Shown: positions 21,588-49,150 of the stretch, one piece after another | Layout: every line of letters starts with the position of its first letter | How positions within the stretch are numbered: the stretch's first letter is position 1 | Source: Amoebidium appalachense | Lineage: Eukaryota; Protista; Ichthyosporea | Direction of reading: 5' to 3' | DNA length: 64,000 nucleotides | Assembly (NCBI GenBank): GCA_963693365.1 | Contig: CAVNZM010000004.1 | Location: 5,520,564-5,584,563 of the forward strand | The notes under the pieces: model-generated | What the model was told of the DNA's origin: nothing | Database searches by the model: none | Seen by the model: the letters and a program-made list of their open reading frames with translations, nothing else | Program-made: the position numbers and the translations under genes

Positions 21588-21749
21588 CCAAACCAACGAG
21601 GCTAGCTTTTAAATTGTTAGCGCATTCCACAGACGCGTCGGCGCCTAGGCGCCGACCACTGTCAGCCCGTAGGCGCCTGTAAGATCCTTATCTCCCAACT
21701 GCCAGCCCTGTTAGCCAATGACGAGTCCCCAATGCAGCCAATCACCCAT

Positions 21750-23125
21750 AAAATAGATGCCACCTACTAGATCATAATCATTATTTCAATAGTATAGGTG
21801 GCATTTATTTTATAGGTGGCACCTATTTAATAGGTGGTACCTATTTTATAGGTGGCATCTATTTAATAGGTGCCACCCTATTTTATAGGTGGCATCTATT
21901 TTATAGGTGGAACCTATAATAATAACAATTTCATAGTGGCATCCATTCAATAGGTGGCACCTATTCTATACTAGTAGTAGGTGGCACGTGACTTACAGGT
22001 GGCACCTACTTGATAGGTGTCACCTATTTCATAATAAAAATTCCATATGTGACACCTATTTAATATGGGCAGCACCTAGTAGAATAAATGGCACCTATTT
22101 CATAGTATAGGTGGCACAGTATTTTTAAGGTGCCATCTATTTTTAGGTGGGATCTATTTAACAGTTGCCACATCTATTTTATAGGTGGCACCTTTTTTTT
22201 GGTGGCACCTATTTTTTAGGTGGGACCTATTTTTTTATAGGTGTGACCTATATAATAGGCTGCACCTGTAAATAGGTGCCACTTCTAGTTGCTGCCTATA
22301 TTAAATAGGTGCCACATATAGAATTTTTATTATGATAGATGACACCTATAAATAGGTCCGACCCACCTATTTATAGATGGCCCCTATTTTTAAGGTGGAA
22401 CCTGTTTAATAGGTGGCACCTATTTTTTAGGTGGCCTGTTTTATAGGTGGCACCTCTTTTTTAGGTGGCCTATTTTATAGGTGGCAACTTTTTTTTGGTG
22501 GCATCTTATTTTTAGATGGTCGGAACCTATTCAATAGGTGGCACCTTTTATGGGTGGCACCTCTTTTTTAGGTGGCCTGTTTTCTAGGTGGAACCAATTT
22601 TATAGGGTTGCGCCCATTTTTTAGGTGGTATCTAATTTCAGGTGGGACCTAAATTTTAATAGTTGGCACCTATTTTATAGGTGTCACATTTTTCTTGGGT
22701 GGCACTAGGTCCTATTTACTAGGCGGAACCTATATAATAAGTGGCACCTACTAGTTCGTAGGTGGCACCTATTTAATAGGTGGCATCTATTTTATAGTTG
22801 GCACCTATTTTATTGGTGGGACCTATTGAGTAGGTGGCAACTAATATAATAAAAATTTCATAGGTGGCACCTATTTACAAGGTGGCACCTATTTAATTTT
22901 TAGGTGGCACCTATTCAATAGGTGGCACCTGTTTTATAGGTGGCCCCTATTTTTTAGGTGGAACCTATTTTTTAGGCCCTGAGGCACCTATATTTCAGGT
23001 GGCCAAATAGGTGGCACCTATTTATAGGTGGCACCTATTTTATAGGTGGCACCTATAATCATTTAATTTTTACACGGGTGGAACCTACTTAGTAGGTGGC
23101 ACAGTATTTAATAGGTGGCAACTAT
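21750..23125. repeat. Degenerate ~20-bp palindromic minisatellite ATAGGTGGCACCTATTTT
   Basis: Dozens of copies, mostly in one orientation with a few inverted (GGTGCCACCTA). No unique spacers. Confidence 0.9.
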
Positions 23126-23355
23126 TGCTTAGGCCCACACATACACACACACACATACAGACAGTACACACACGATACCGGTGAGCACGGTTGGCAATGC
23201 CCCAAAATGTGCACAAGTCGAGCCACAGCTGAGTAGAACTTGGCAGACGAAGCGATGATCGATCAAATGGCGCATGAGGGGACGAGGGTAAAAGACTGGC
23301 AGATATCGTGGGAACGGAGCCCGAGAGACTGGCATAGAAAGGAGTTGGCGGCGGG

Positions 23356-23397
<42 letters not shown>

Positions 23398-23753
23398 CTA
23401 AGGGGGCAGGAGGGCACCCGCCCCTTGAGCAGGTGCACGTGGGTCGTCCCATGGCCAGAGGCTGGCGGTTACTTGGGGAATGGGGGAGAGGGATGGAGGA
23501 TCTACATAGGGAGACGGCGTTGGGGGGTGGTGACCACCAGCCTGGCATAGTATGCCACTTATGATTCACCCTCCCCCCCCCCCCCCCCCCCCTCCCCTCT
23601 CCCAACTGTACCACCCCCCGGCATGCCATTTTCACTGAAGTTCAGAAAGACTTCCTGCAATATTTCCGATAGGAAAGACTTGGCTTAATTTTAAAAGCAG
23701 GGTTGGGGGACGGGGGGAAGGGGAGGGAGATTCGTAGTAACTTTTTTTTTTTT

Positions 23754-23798
<45 letters not shown>

Positions 23799-24673
23799 GG
23801 GGGGACACCCACCCCTCCGGCTAGCAAGGAGTGGGGGGGGGGGGGGGGGGGGGAGAGGGGCACCACCCACCTGAGTAGGTGGGTTCCTTCCCCCCTTGGA
23901 CCTCCATCACCCCCACCCGCAGGCTGCAGCTGCAGCGCCATGAATGCTGTTACGAATGGCATTAGATATCATGCTCGTAACATTACTAACTTTTTTTCAA
24001 ATCCCGGTTTGTTCCCGAAGGGACCCTCCGAAGGATCCCTCATAGGAACTACCGTCTTCCACACAGCACCGACTGTGCCCTATATATATCTGGTTAGGGT
24101 GCTAAAGGTGCAGTACTATGGGGTGGATACGTCCGTATCCGCCGGTGGCGCCACGACACAGAATAGCAGCCGTGGCGCTGCCTGTAAGTGGCATATTATC
24201 TATATGAGTTATAAGATTGATTCATATTTATAATCATATTTATTTGCTCTATATTTGTTCTTTTTGTACGGGTCTAAGGGAGCAGAGTGCACAGAGGTGT
24301 CATGTAAAACACGACCAACACAATAAAGAGAGGGCAATCGGAGTTGTTCGCAACACATGAATGATTTCAAACAACAACTGACCTTTTATTGTGCTCTCGG
24401 GTCTTTTTGTACTTGCAACTTATCATCGTTATCTCAACCAAAAGGGGAGAACCAATCGGTTCTATCAGATGTTTGAAAAAAACACATTCCGACAGAGCAT
24501 ACGCATTCCAACTTCCGACCTAACTAAACCTTAGAAACTCTTACTTAAATAACTTAAGTAATTCAATCTTGTCACTATTAATACACATATATATTTATAC
24601 TCGTCTCTATAACGAAACTCATTTAAATACATATATTTCCTAATAGTCGACACTCTCAAAGTGAAGACCCATT

Positions 24674-27600
24674 TGTAAACAGTTGGACTAGTTAGGATAA
24701 GGCAGAGTACAACTGAATCAAAATAAAGACAGAGAACGGGTAGAAAGGCACACGCGGCCAGGTTGCTTTTACTATGGGCCGACTCAGTCTGTCTCAAGAC
24801 TTCACTGATGTGATCCCCGTACTGGGACGGCTTTGTTATATAGCCCCCAGGTTTCGGATCAAGGCCCAGGATTGGTTCATCCGCGGCCAGCGCGGGTGGC
24901 AACATGCCATTCGTGATTCTGGTGCGGTCCGAGCCAGTCAGACCTTCGTCCTATTTATGCAAACCTCTTATTGGTTCACTTCGTTTATGTGGTATGCAGC
25001 GGAAGAACCATATATGGTTCAATTCTTAGGTCAGAGTGAGTCCTATTGGTGCGGACATAATATTTATGTGATATTCATGACAAAGCACGAATCGTGTGCT
25101 AGTAGATCACATTCTTTAGTAAACATGTACAGTTCATGTGTACAGTTGTTTACACTCCCCCCCTTGTCGGGAGCCTGGTGGTGTCGTTAGACAAGCAAAC
25201 CACCAGGCTGAGAGGCGATAAACAACCTTCAGCGAGAATTCTTGTGTGTGCCGAGCTGCTGAACAGAACAGAGCAAGGACGGTGGAATAGAGTTGTGCAC
25301 GTCTATGAGCACTTCTTCATTTGCCAAAACGTAAATTCATGCAGCATTCTTCTGTGATTTCATTTTCGTGGCGAAGATTGTTGCAGAGTGTGCGTGCGAA
25401 TAATTCGCTAAGCCTTCGTCTCTGTGCTTGGCTTTTCTGTAGAAGTAGTATTTTCCTTTTTGGGAATTTTTCCTTTTTAGGATACTCCCGCAGATTCGTT
25501 TTCAATTGCGAGTAATTTGGTTGTGTGGATGAATGATCATACCAAACATTCGATAATGAATATAACTCAAGCCTTAGGTCACTTCGTAGCTCAGGTAGTG
25601 GTGGATAGCTTCAAGGCTTAGCCACTGCTCCTTATCCCGGTTCTACCTTAAGACTGTAAGGCGAGTCACCATGGCCGGAAAAGCCACTTCTTTCATGAAC
25701 AAAGAGCACTTCTTTCCTTTCAGCTTTAACCCTGCATCATCGGAGCCGGGAAAAACATGAATAAAAATGCCCTTAGTGTTCATCGTTGGGTGACATAAAG
25801 AAATATATCAGCCCGTTAGAACCAGTAAAACCCGGTTCATAATTCATAAGACGAGGGTAGGCAAAGCAAGCCTTATTCGTGATCAGAAAACACATGCTTC
25901 CATTCGTGAGCAGTTTTCGTATCCCATGAGCCAGCGATTTTCGTTGAGCAGGGGGATTTCAGGCATAATACATTCTTCTGGAGGCTTGGCCTAAAAAGAA
26001 AAGTCGTCACAGTCGCCCTTTCTTTTGTAAGCAACTTCGTGAGCGCGCTTCGTGTTTTCATATCCTCCAGTGCAGGTCTGGATGGTGCCCCATCCTCTGC
26101 TTCATTTGTAGGTGGCCCTACTGTTGGTTCTGTTCGTTGTGTGGAAAACCAAAACCATTCGTGTTCGTGGAACTGCTTTGTGCTGTGCTTTCTTTCGTGT
26201 TGGTGTTCATGAAGTTACCCCGTTCACACACCCTACTTCTTACATACATTAGATGTAAGTAGCTGCCTGGTGAGTGTGTGGTTCGTGTTCGTGGCATTCT
26301 TCTGTTCCTTCGTGAGAAGAATATTCGTTTTAGCAGAGGTGCCCAATAAGGCAGCTTGTGGGGTTGTCTCCCGCATGTGCCCATTGGTGGGGTATGCACG
26401 TGCTAAATTGTTACAGTGTCATCATATTGCAAGGGAATAACATGGTCACCTCCGTACCAGGGCCTAGTAGGTACACATGATGGTCCGATGTGTTAGTCAA
26501 CAACACCTTGCATTCGTATTCGTATTCGTCTTCCACGTCACTTTCTTCAGTAGTGAAGGAGGGTATTCGTAATTCGAAACTGAAAGGCTTCCAGCCAAAA
26601 TACTGACACTGTATGCTGGGGTTGTGAGGGAACGGTGCCCATACCACATTCTTTTGTTTTCTTTATTCTGGTGGGGGTGTGCCGGCAGCAATTTTAATTT
26701 GCATGCAGGTATTCCAGGCTTTACAGCATAGTTCGTATGTTATAGTATTTGTACAGTATTGCCACACACTGGCAGTTACCTGTAAATTCGTACCCCACAG
26801 CTTCGTTTGTTTCGCATGCACGAACAAAAGTTCTGCATCGACTTTATTACATGCCTTCTGTGCACCAAGAGTGCCATTCGTTGTTGCATGGCACCAGGAA
26901 GGGCCATACATGAGCCATATGTTCGTAATGTGTTTAGGCATGCCAGCATACATTCATGCGCATGTTGTGCATCCTGTGCGCTAAACTATGGGGCATGCTG
27001 TATTCGACAACAGCAAGAAATTCGAAGCATGCATGCAAAACTACTTTCACAGCACCTTATGTCCTACATGCTATAGGAACAGCGACTATCTTCTTCCTTA
27101 AATGCATTCGTGCTGAAAGTGGCCGTGCATCTGGGTTGCGAGTGTGGACGTGCACGTGGTGGCATGGACACGATGACAGTGTGCAATAGCGCAATGCACG
27201 CAAGGGCAACGGTTTTCTTTTCTTCGTAACATAGAGGGGGCCGTGTGCATTGCAACCTAAGCAGTGTTGGGCATTCGTTCTTTTCATTTTCGTGTTTCCA
27301 TTTCATTTTGCTTTCGTTTTTCGTTTTTCGTCGTTTCATAACTTCGTTAAGGCTTCGTTTTATTTTCGTGTTGCGTTTATTTCGTATTTCCTCTAGGCAT
27401 TCGTTTGTCGTTAATTCGTTATTTCGTTGTGTATTCGTGATGGTTCGTTTTTCGTTGGTTCATTGCTTCGTTAGTAATTCTTTAATCGTTTGTTCGTGTA
27501 TTCGTTTTTCTTCGCGTTTTTTATGTGTCGTAGTATAAGGTGGTTTTCATGCTTTCAATTCTTTCCGTGTTCTTAGAGGTGGGCTGGCCACTTCAAACTT

Positions 27601-28257
27601 GTCGATGTGTATGTATTCTAAGCCTGACAAAGAAAGATGTGCCTATCATCGTGGTAAAAAGGATTGTGATCGGCCATGGCAGATTCTTGGGGTAATTGAA
27701 TGATGTGAGATTCTTGAACTGATTGAAAGATGTGAGATTCGAAGGATGCGAGATTCTTGAACTGCGCGGTCGCCAATGTAAACAGTTGGACTAGTTAGGA
27801 TAAGGCAGAGTACAACTGAATCAAAATAAAGACAGAGAACGGGTAGAAAGGCACACGCGGCCAGGTTGCTTTTACTGTGGGCCGACTCAGTCTGTCTCAA
27901 GACTTCACTGATGTGATCCCCGTACTGGGACGGCTTTGTTATATAGCCCCCAGGTTTCGGATCAAGGCCCAGGATTGGTTCATCCGCGGCCAGCGCGGGT
28001 GGCAACATGCCATTCGTGATTCTGGTGCGGTCCGAGCCAGTCAGACCTTCGTCCTATTTATGCAAACCTCTTATTGGTTCACTTCGTTTATGTGGTATGC
28101 AGCGGAAGAACCATATATGGTTTAATTCTTAGGTCAGAGTGAGTCCTATTGGTGCGGACATAATATTTATGTGATATTCATGACAAAGCACGAATCGTGT
28201 GCTAGTAGATCACATTCTTTAGTAAACATGTACAGTTCATGTGTACAGTTGTTTACA
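24674..28257 (-). mobile_element. Non-autonomous LTR retrotransposon (Gypsy-like remnants), 481-bp LTRs at 24674-25154 and 27777-28257
   Basis: TG...CA ends and a 5-bp CCATT duplication on both sides. PBS TGGCGACCGCG (tRNA-Arg-like) next to the right LTR. PPT AAGGGGGGGAG next to the left LTR. Decayed RT-like AGLKLKGKKCSLFMKEV at ~25680-25735. Confidence 0.93.
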
Positions 28258-28584
28258 CCATTACGATAAACCGAATTCCATACATCTCTATTGTGTCCAA
28301 TCATAACACGTATATCAATAGACAGGAATGCACAACACGATCTATAGATGTACTCACCCGCGACTATTGGTGAGTCATCTTATTGTGAACTAAAACTAAG
28401 CCACTTTGAACTAAAACAAAGACAACGAATATAGCTAGCCAATCACGCTACCTCTCAAGTAAACAGAGGAGAGCAAACACAGATAAAATACAATAAGTTC
28501 TATCAGGCAAGAGAGCCAGGTGTGCGCCAGTGTGACAGATCTAAAGATATCTGTGCACACAGAAACAAGGGAGAGAGAGAGATA

Positions 28585-28707
<123 letters not shown>

Positions 28708-30983
28708 AGAAAAGGGAGAGAGGGGGGAGAGCACAAAGAAGGAGAGCAGACACGAATACAAACAAAGCTAAGACACATACATAAGGGATTTTACCGAAAA
28801 TTTTGACCTAAAGTTTTTTAAAGGTTTTTTCATGTTTTTTCGTGATCGCTTGAGCAGATCAAACTGTTTTGCTGGTATCTCAGTGTACGTGTGCAGGGGG
28901 TATAACAACACACTAACTGTGAAAACTTGGTGCATTATTTGGTTGAACGGTTCCCAAATTATTACATTTTTAATTTTTTGAAACGTGATAACGTTATATG
29001 CTCAAACCTGCATAACGTTATACAATTTTACTTAGTAAATGTAAATTTGCCTCAAAAAATTCGTTAAAGTGCCTTACATACTTCAAGACTCTTGCTGTCC
29101 TACGTAGTGACGTATTCCAACAATATTCAGATTCATAACATATATTTATAAATATTATATAATTTTCTTACACTATTACCACTTCGCAACGATTTTGGAA
29201 TTTGGCGCAGTGGCTCAGATCAATCAAGTCAACCAATCAGACAACAGGAAACTTTGGTCCCGCGGCACGGTGCCGATGTCGCCACCTGCGGATACGTGCG
29301 TATCCACCCCATATTCACTATTAAGCTAACACACCGCCCACACCTAACGCTAACTACTATATTGGCACACCCTTAGCCCTTAACACCCCAGACTCGCCGG
29401 TCGGGGGAAACTTGAGATCGAGAGAGCATATGATTTAGCTTTTAGCATATAGCGGGCATACATACATTCCCAAAAGTTGAAAGTAAACATTATCGGATGA
29501 TGAGGCCTAACTATAGGAGTCCTTGGGCATGATCACCGTGCTGAATGTGGCACCTGAAAAGGCTACCCACTATCACGTACTCTCATCCCCCATTCCCCCT
29601 CCCCTTCCCCCCCTTCCCCCCCCCCCCCCCCGGTCCCACACCCTCCCCTCCGCTGTCTGTCCCCCCCCCGGGCCTCCCCCCCCTTCCCCCCTCCCCCGGC
29701 CCGCCTGCCCGCCTGCCCGCCCGCCTGCCTGCCCAGGGGGCCCAGGGTCCGTCTCCCGTCGCAATGCGACCGCACCTGTGCACACACATACACAATCACA
29801 CACACTTTCACACATATTTCACACGCCACCTGGGCACCCACCGTAGAAAATTTATGCACATTGCGCACAAACCAGCAATGCGCACATGTAACACGTGCAG
29901 ATATATACATAATCAGTAGAATCCTGACTTAGGAGGGTGCTATAAAGTACGATCTGTGTCTAGGCGGAAGACGGTAAGCTCACCTGAGGCAGTGCCTCGA
30001 TATATATATATAATCAGCCACACCACACACACATATACATACATCCTCCCCCGGCCCGCCAACACAAGCACATACACCGTGACGAACACTGAATGGCGAG
30101 CACAATCACTAGTAGTAATGTTGCTCCCGATAATGACACAATAAATTTGTTGGTGGGTCCAGAGAGCTAGCCTAGTGAACATCTCACGAGCTTAATTTCA
30201 AATTGGCCGACCCCCGAGTGTGAGGGGGGGAGGGGGGGAGAGCGGGGGAGGGGGGGGGGGGGGGGGGGGGGGCTCACCACGTCGGTTAAGGCCGGACAGG
30301 TAGGTCCGTTCCGTCCTCTCGGGGGGAGGGGGGAAGGGGAAGGCAGGAGGGAACCGCCCACCCTATGCGGTGTGGCCCCGGCAGGTGGGTCACGGGGAAG
30401 CCGTGATTCCTCTGGGGGGAGGGGGGGGGGGGGTCCATGTTTGCTACTATTGCCCCCCCTGTCCCCCCCTCCCCTCCCCCCCCCCCCCCCCCCCCCCCGC
30501 CCCTCCCCCACCTCCCGCCTCCCCCCTGCCATGTCTCAAAGTCAAGAATCCATACTCGTTGCATTTGGATGCTCTGGATGCTCTGATGATGTCCGCCTGC
30601 ATGCGCAAAGTGGCCGTGGGATCGATATTCCCGGGGCCCCGTTGATCCGCGGCCGTGGCCAAGTGGTGTCCCAGACTCGGCCACCCCGGCGAGTGGTGGA
30701 GCGCGAGCGGGGGCATGCAAGGCTCCTTCATATCCCTCCCATGTCTCAGTCAGTGACAGCCTAGTGTTCACAGTTCACAGATATATCGATATATCGGTTA
30801 CTACAAAACAAGGGCGGGATACCGATCATTGCACTTTATTGGCCGCCCCCTCCAGCCAATCGGAAACACAACATGTGCCCCATATAATATTCCTACTTCA
30901 AAGTTTTTTGTGTTTTATAAAAACTTTTTTTTTTTTGCTATGCATGATATGTACATCACACTACAGATGAAATACACCCCTTG

Positions 30984-31824
30984 GTATGGTGCCGGACATC
31001 GTAGATGGCACCCTATAGATATCTGGCCCCCCGATCGCGATAGCGTGAAGGCGAAAGCAGTTTAGAGGTCCTCTCGACGAGAGGATCACGCCCATACATA
31101 CCTTTTTTTTCGCGATATCTCTATTATGAAAAAACGATGACGTCATAGGCCCCTCAAACCCTTAATTAATGAGTAATTAGTGTTTTATTAGTAATAATTA
31201 GCGCGTAATTAGCGCGTAATTAGTTGTTTGCGCAAATTTTGCGCAAAATTTAAGCTAATTAAGTGCAGTTTCTTGGCGTCCATGTCAATAAATGCAACCT
31301 GTTAGCTAATGTATTAGAACCGGAGGTTATTGGCGGTTTTATTCTCTTTTCTTCATCTCTTCCTCAATATATCCGTTTTAAGATGACTATCCTAGATCAC
31401 CTTATTAATGCTGCACAGTATGATATTGTGATCCGGTGCCTTAACTTTCTGTCGGAGCTACCGATGCTAGCATCTGCTTACCCATAATATGTAATAGGGG
31501 TGTCAGATCCTACGATGGCGCTCATTGTTGCCTAGCATGTACATATGTCACTGGCTGCATTTGATTGGCTGTGCTGGAAAACGCAGTAGGCCGTCGAATG
31601 TGGCTGGGCCTCCGGCAATGTCCACGCAATAAAAAGTGTGTAAACCCCTCGGGCGTTGCAGTGCTGGCAGCTTCTCAGAACTGTTCGTGTCGGTAATCAA
31701 CGTTCTCGGAGCCTGTTACTCGGACACGGCTTGTCTGCACGCAACCATGGTTCTCTATGAGGACATAACGAGACCCCGCCGTCTCACTTCAGACAACCCA
31801 GATTACACGTGTGTGTGTGTGTGC

Positions 31825-31907
<83 letters not shown>

Positions 31908-32115
31908 TGTCTGTGTGCACGTGCTCGTGCGCATGTGTGCAGAACTCAAGGGAAGGGGAAAGAGGGGGGGGGGGGGGGAGGGGGGGTTTAGGAGTGCAAC
32001 AGTGAGGATCAATGTTCGATCCCCCCTCCTTCCCCTCCCCCCTTTCTCCCCTCCCCCCTCTCCCTCCCCCTCCCCCCCCCCCCTTCTTCCCCCTTCCCCC
32101 TGTGTGTATGATGTG

Positions 32116-32164
<49 letters not shown>

Positions 32165-32175
32165 CGTGTGTGCGC

Positions 32176-32253
<78 letters not shown>

Positions 32254-33411
32254 ACGTGCGCGTGCGCTTGTGTGCAGAACGCAAGGGGGAGGAGAAAGGG
32301 GGGGGGGGGGTTGAGGAATGCAACAGTGAGGATAAATGTCTGACCCCCCTCTCCCCACCCCCCCCCCCTTTTTTCCCTCCCTCCCCTCTCTCTCCCTCCC
32401 CCCCTCCTCCCTTCTTCCCCCTTCTCCCTGTGTGTGTGTATATATGTGGTGAACTTCAAGCTTAATTGGGGGGGGGGGGGGGGGGGGGGGGGGGTTTCAT
32501 GAGCGGCAACAGAGACACTGGATTTTTTATTTTTTATTCGCTTTGTTTTTCCGTGACTCTCCGGAGAGGTGTTGGGACAACCGTGCCTCCCCTTGTTGGG
32601 CACGAGTTTGCCTGAATTGTATGCTAGGGAGGGGCTCTAACAGGTCTATCATATCGGGTGTGTCGGTGTCTACAACAGGCTCGGGTAACTCAGAATCGTC
32701 AGCCTCCTTGCCCCCGTCATCCTCGCCCCCCTCACACATGGCTACACGTTTACCAGGCCTGAGCTCTGCAGAAAGCTCTCCCGCAGAACGCTTCAACTTA
32801 ACGGGGGCCTTTGCCGCTGTTCGGCATTGTTTGGTCCTATTGCTAACACGCCCCATGGTTATGCTTCACTCAAACTAACGCCGCCCCTGGTCCCGAGCGG
32901 GGAACCAAGAGCGGCACTTCTAGCACAAGGCAACAACTACAGGCTATGGGTAACCATTTGCTAGCAACTAACCCACCCTGCCGAGCCCCCTCCCGAAAAC
33001 CCCTACCCACCAACTCAGATGGTGTATCAGTGAAATTTGTGAAAATGAGCTTCTGAAATAAAGGCCACAGACAAGTGCCAGTGGTATGGCTCGACAGGTC
33101 TCGTCGAGACGAGTCCAAAACTGCAAAGAAAGTGCTTGGTCGACTATGAGGGTATCGAGATCATGATGTGGTAAAAAGCGATGACGTCATATGCACCCCT
33201 CATCGGGGTCAAAATTTTCACTATTAGAAAAACTTTTTATTTTTCAAGATTTTTCAGCCGCTCAAAGCGTAGCCCCCAAGCACTCGATGAGACCTGTCCA
33301 AAAATGCAATTTGCGCCCCACCACACCCACATTTACATGTTTTATTGAGCTGGATCTATCCATATGATCGGAGTTTCCGGAGGGGTCGATCTACGATGTC
33401 CGGCACCATAC
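30984..33411. mobile_element. Non-autonomous DNA transposon-like element with 23-bp perfect TIRs
   Basis: GTATGGTGCCGGACATCGTAGAT (30984-31006) and its reverse complement at 33389-33411, possibly with a TA duplication. Internal basic/acidic ORF 32527..32856(-), but no transposase motif recognised. Confidence 0.65.
31808..32440. repeat. (GT)n microsatellites within a duplicated ~320-bp unit
   Basis: TGTGCAGAAC...GCAACAGTGAGGAT...AATGT recurs at ~31935-32015 and ~32270-32340. Confidence 0.85.
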
Positions 33412-35147
33412 TATGATGTTGTATCATAGGCTAATAATATATATGGTCGTGCGAACACATCTACAGCGCAAGAACCCATTATTATTAAACCCTGCAGACA
33501 ATACATCCAAGTTGAAAAGAAAAAGAAAGAAAGAGAGAGAAAGAGGGGGGGGAGAAAAAAGAAAAATAAAGCTAACTAATCAACCGGGTTGGGAGGGTAA
33601 TATATGCGTGTGATGTGGGTGCGCAGGTATTGGAAACAAGGCCTCCTCCTTAATAGGATCCGGAGTGCCATTTAGAAGGCCGCCTTGATTGAAAGCTGCA
33701 TGCAGCTGGGCAGTGAGATGGTCACCCGTAAGAAGGAAGTCAATATTAATGATGGTACATACATAAAGTGTTGTGCAGGGTGAAGTGGATAGGTGTGTGA
33801 GGAGTGTGGCGGAAAAGGAGGCCTGTGTGGCTAACGGAATAAATGGAAACACAATACAACGGCCCACACAGCTACGGCACCAAGGATGTGACCCACTAAA
33901 TTTTTTTTTGTAGGGCACAACCGTCTACAGGGCTATAGGAAACAAAATGAGAATGAGCCCCTCGAGGCTGCATTCTTTTTATAGTTATGACCAATCATAT
34001 TTCGTTTTGGAACTATTGAAAATCCAATCAAATAGATCAACCAGTCAAAATGTCTTTCGGAGCCCAATAGCGTGCCGATGATTTACACTTTTCTGTTCTA
34101 TCATAGGATAAGCTAATCAATGTGTCGAATAAATCCAGTCAAAAGAAAAAAAATGGTAAAATTCGCATGCCGGTAGCCGGATATCTCTTAAAAATTAAAT
34201 AAATTAACCTACGAGCTGGGTGGTTATCAAAATAGCCTTCGAAATCCGCTTGAAATTTCAATGCCAACAACAAAGCGCCCATCGGCGGCCGACAGACAGC
34301 TCCGGCCCTTAGCCGCTGCAAGTTGGCTCTCTCCCCGGGGGGAGTCGCCAACGCGTCGTGATCACATCATCACGGCCAGCCTGTGTACCTACAATAGGCG
34401 ATCAGTCAAAAGTTTGTGAAGATAAGCGTGCCAAACTTTGAGTTGAGATAAGTCTGTCAGGTGCATAGGCTGGTGCGGACTACAGCACCCTCTAGTGCCC
34501 GGTGTCACACTCTGACTATAGAAACCTGCAGCCTGAGCACCATAACACGGTAGTATATGTGCGTGGAATACGAGTGTGTGCCTACAGGCTGGCCAAATAC
34601 GGGTGTGGGGCGAATGTTCGTTACTTCTAGCGAACGGTCGAAACTTACTTTAAGTTGGCCCACAACGCCTTAACTTAACCTATTCTTGTCCCATAACACG
34701 CATGGTTCTCCCTGGCAGAACCTTCCGCTGGTCACTAAATAGTAGATTTTTTTTCCTTTTTTTCGTCTTGGGAGGAAAACCTTAGTTTCAGCCGAGCTGA
34801 CTGCACCGCCAGCTGCGCCAAAAAGTGAAAGGTGGATGCTGCAGACGCTTGCCACTATTGGTGAGTGTTTTCCTGCTTGCAGCTTGCGCCAGGGCAGGAC
34901 ACATGGAGAAGCAGAAAAAACATGAAAAGTTAGCGGGGGGCTTGAGGGCCAGGTTACACTAGTACTCTGACAGAAAACTTCATCACTGTAGCCATAGGCG
35001 CAGTCACTCTGCTTGAGGCGAATTATTCTTGCAAGGGCTTGGGGACGGCACCGGTCACGATTCAGGCAGCACGGAAAAAATATGTGCTACATGACAACCA
35101 CGAAAACACGAAGTAAATCTCTTGCAAGCACGAGCTTGCACAAAGAT

Positions 35148-35880
<733 letters not shown>

Positions 35881-36014
35881 ACAACACACCCACCCACCCA
35901 CACCATACTGCATGGCCAACAAGTGACCTTGCAATTTATGCTGCAGGTGACCCAACATTTCGACATATGACACGGCGACGGAAGCGAAGTGGTGGTGGAC
36001 ATGGAAGGAGCCAA

Positions 36015-48100
<12,086 letters not shown>

Positions 48101-48829
48101 CCACCAGGCAGTATTTGGCGTGGTTGCAATGCCAGGCATGGATGGTGTGATGAAGTGTCTGGTTTATACGATCTTGTCATGAGATGTGTGGTTATGACTT
48201 TAATCTCGACCGATTGTACAATTTGTTATGACATGTCCTGGTTAAGACTTGCACATGTCTCCGCTACTTGCTTGTTATACGACACCGTTATGAAAGGTGT
48301 GCCTGCATATTACATGCATGTGTCTGCATTTTAGTGCAATTAATTCATGAAATGGCTGGTTTTGTTATAGGCCTCCGGGGCGTGACCTGGGCCCCTTGTG
48401 TGCTTGAGTCTTTTGAAGCTCAACCTGCCAGCCTGTGTTGTCAATGCATGTATTGTAGTGCCACCTCTATAATACTTTAGTGGGTTATCTTATTAATCAT
48501 TAGTTCATTGTCACCTCTTCACCTCTAGCATACTAATGTGGTTGTCTTATTAGATGTTTAATTCATGGTATATCAACCTAAATGGGTGTCTCTTAAATCA
48601 TGACATACTCCTTGAATGTACTTTAGTTCATAGCTGAATGTGGTACGTCACCCATTCCTAATCCTTAGTGCATGCTAGACTGCTACCGAGATTGTGTTTT
48701 TTTGTGTTGGTTTGGGTGGCTGCACCTCCGTATCCCCTTAGTCGGTTGTACATATACTAATTATTGCATTGATTCTGCTCGGTCAAACTTCTTCTGGGCA
48801 CCTTTTTATTCTGCTGTTCCTTTTTTTTT

Positions 48830-48877
<48 letters not shown>

Positions 48878-48904
48878 ACTTGAGTTCATAGCGGATTCTG
48901 GCTT

Positions 48905-48945
<41 letters not shown>

Positions 48946-48986
48946 GTTAGCTTCACAATAATCATTAGCCGTTAATAATGCTGCTG

Positions 48987-49150
48987 AATAGCAACAGACA
49001 TGCAGACTGGTCGTCCAATAGCAACAGACATGCAGACTGGTCGGCCAAATGCAACAGACATGCAGACTGGTCGGCCAATAGCAACAGACATGCAGACTGG
49101 TCGCGATCGGCCAATAGCAACAGACATGCAGACTGGTCGGCCAATAGCAA
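48987..49150. repeat. 30-bp tandem repeat, ~5 copies
   Basis: AATAGCAACAGACATGCAGACTGGTCGGCC units. Confidence 0.92.

Noticed and set aside
21750-23125. CRISPR-like array of palindromic repeats
   Set aside because: Units are adjacent and degenerate with no unique spacers, there are no cas genes, and the context is eukaryotic.
24531-28125. Duplicated ORFs MLPPALAADEP... and MGRLSLSQDF...
   Set aside because: They lie within the two LTR copies and are not independent genes.
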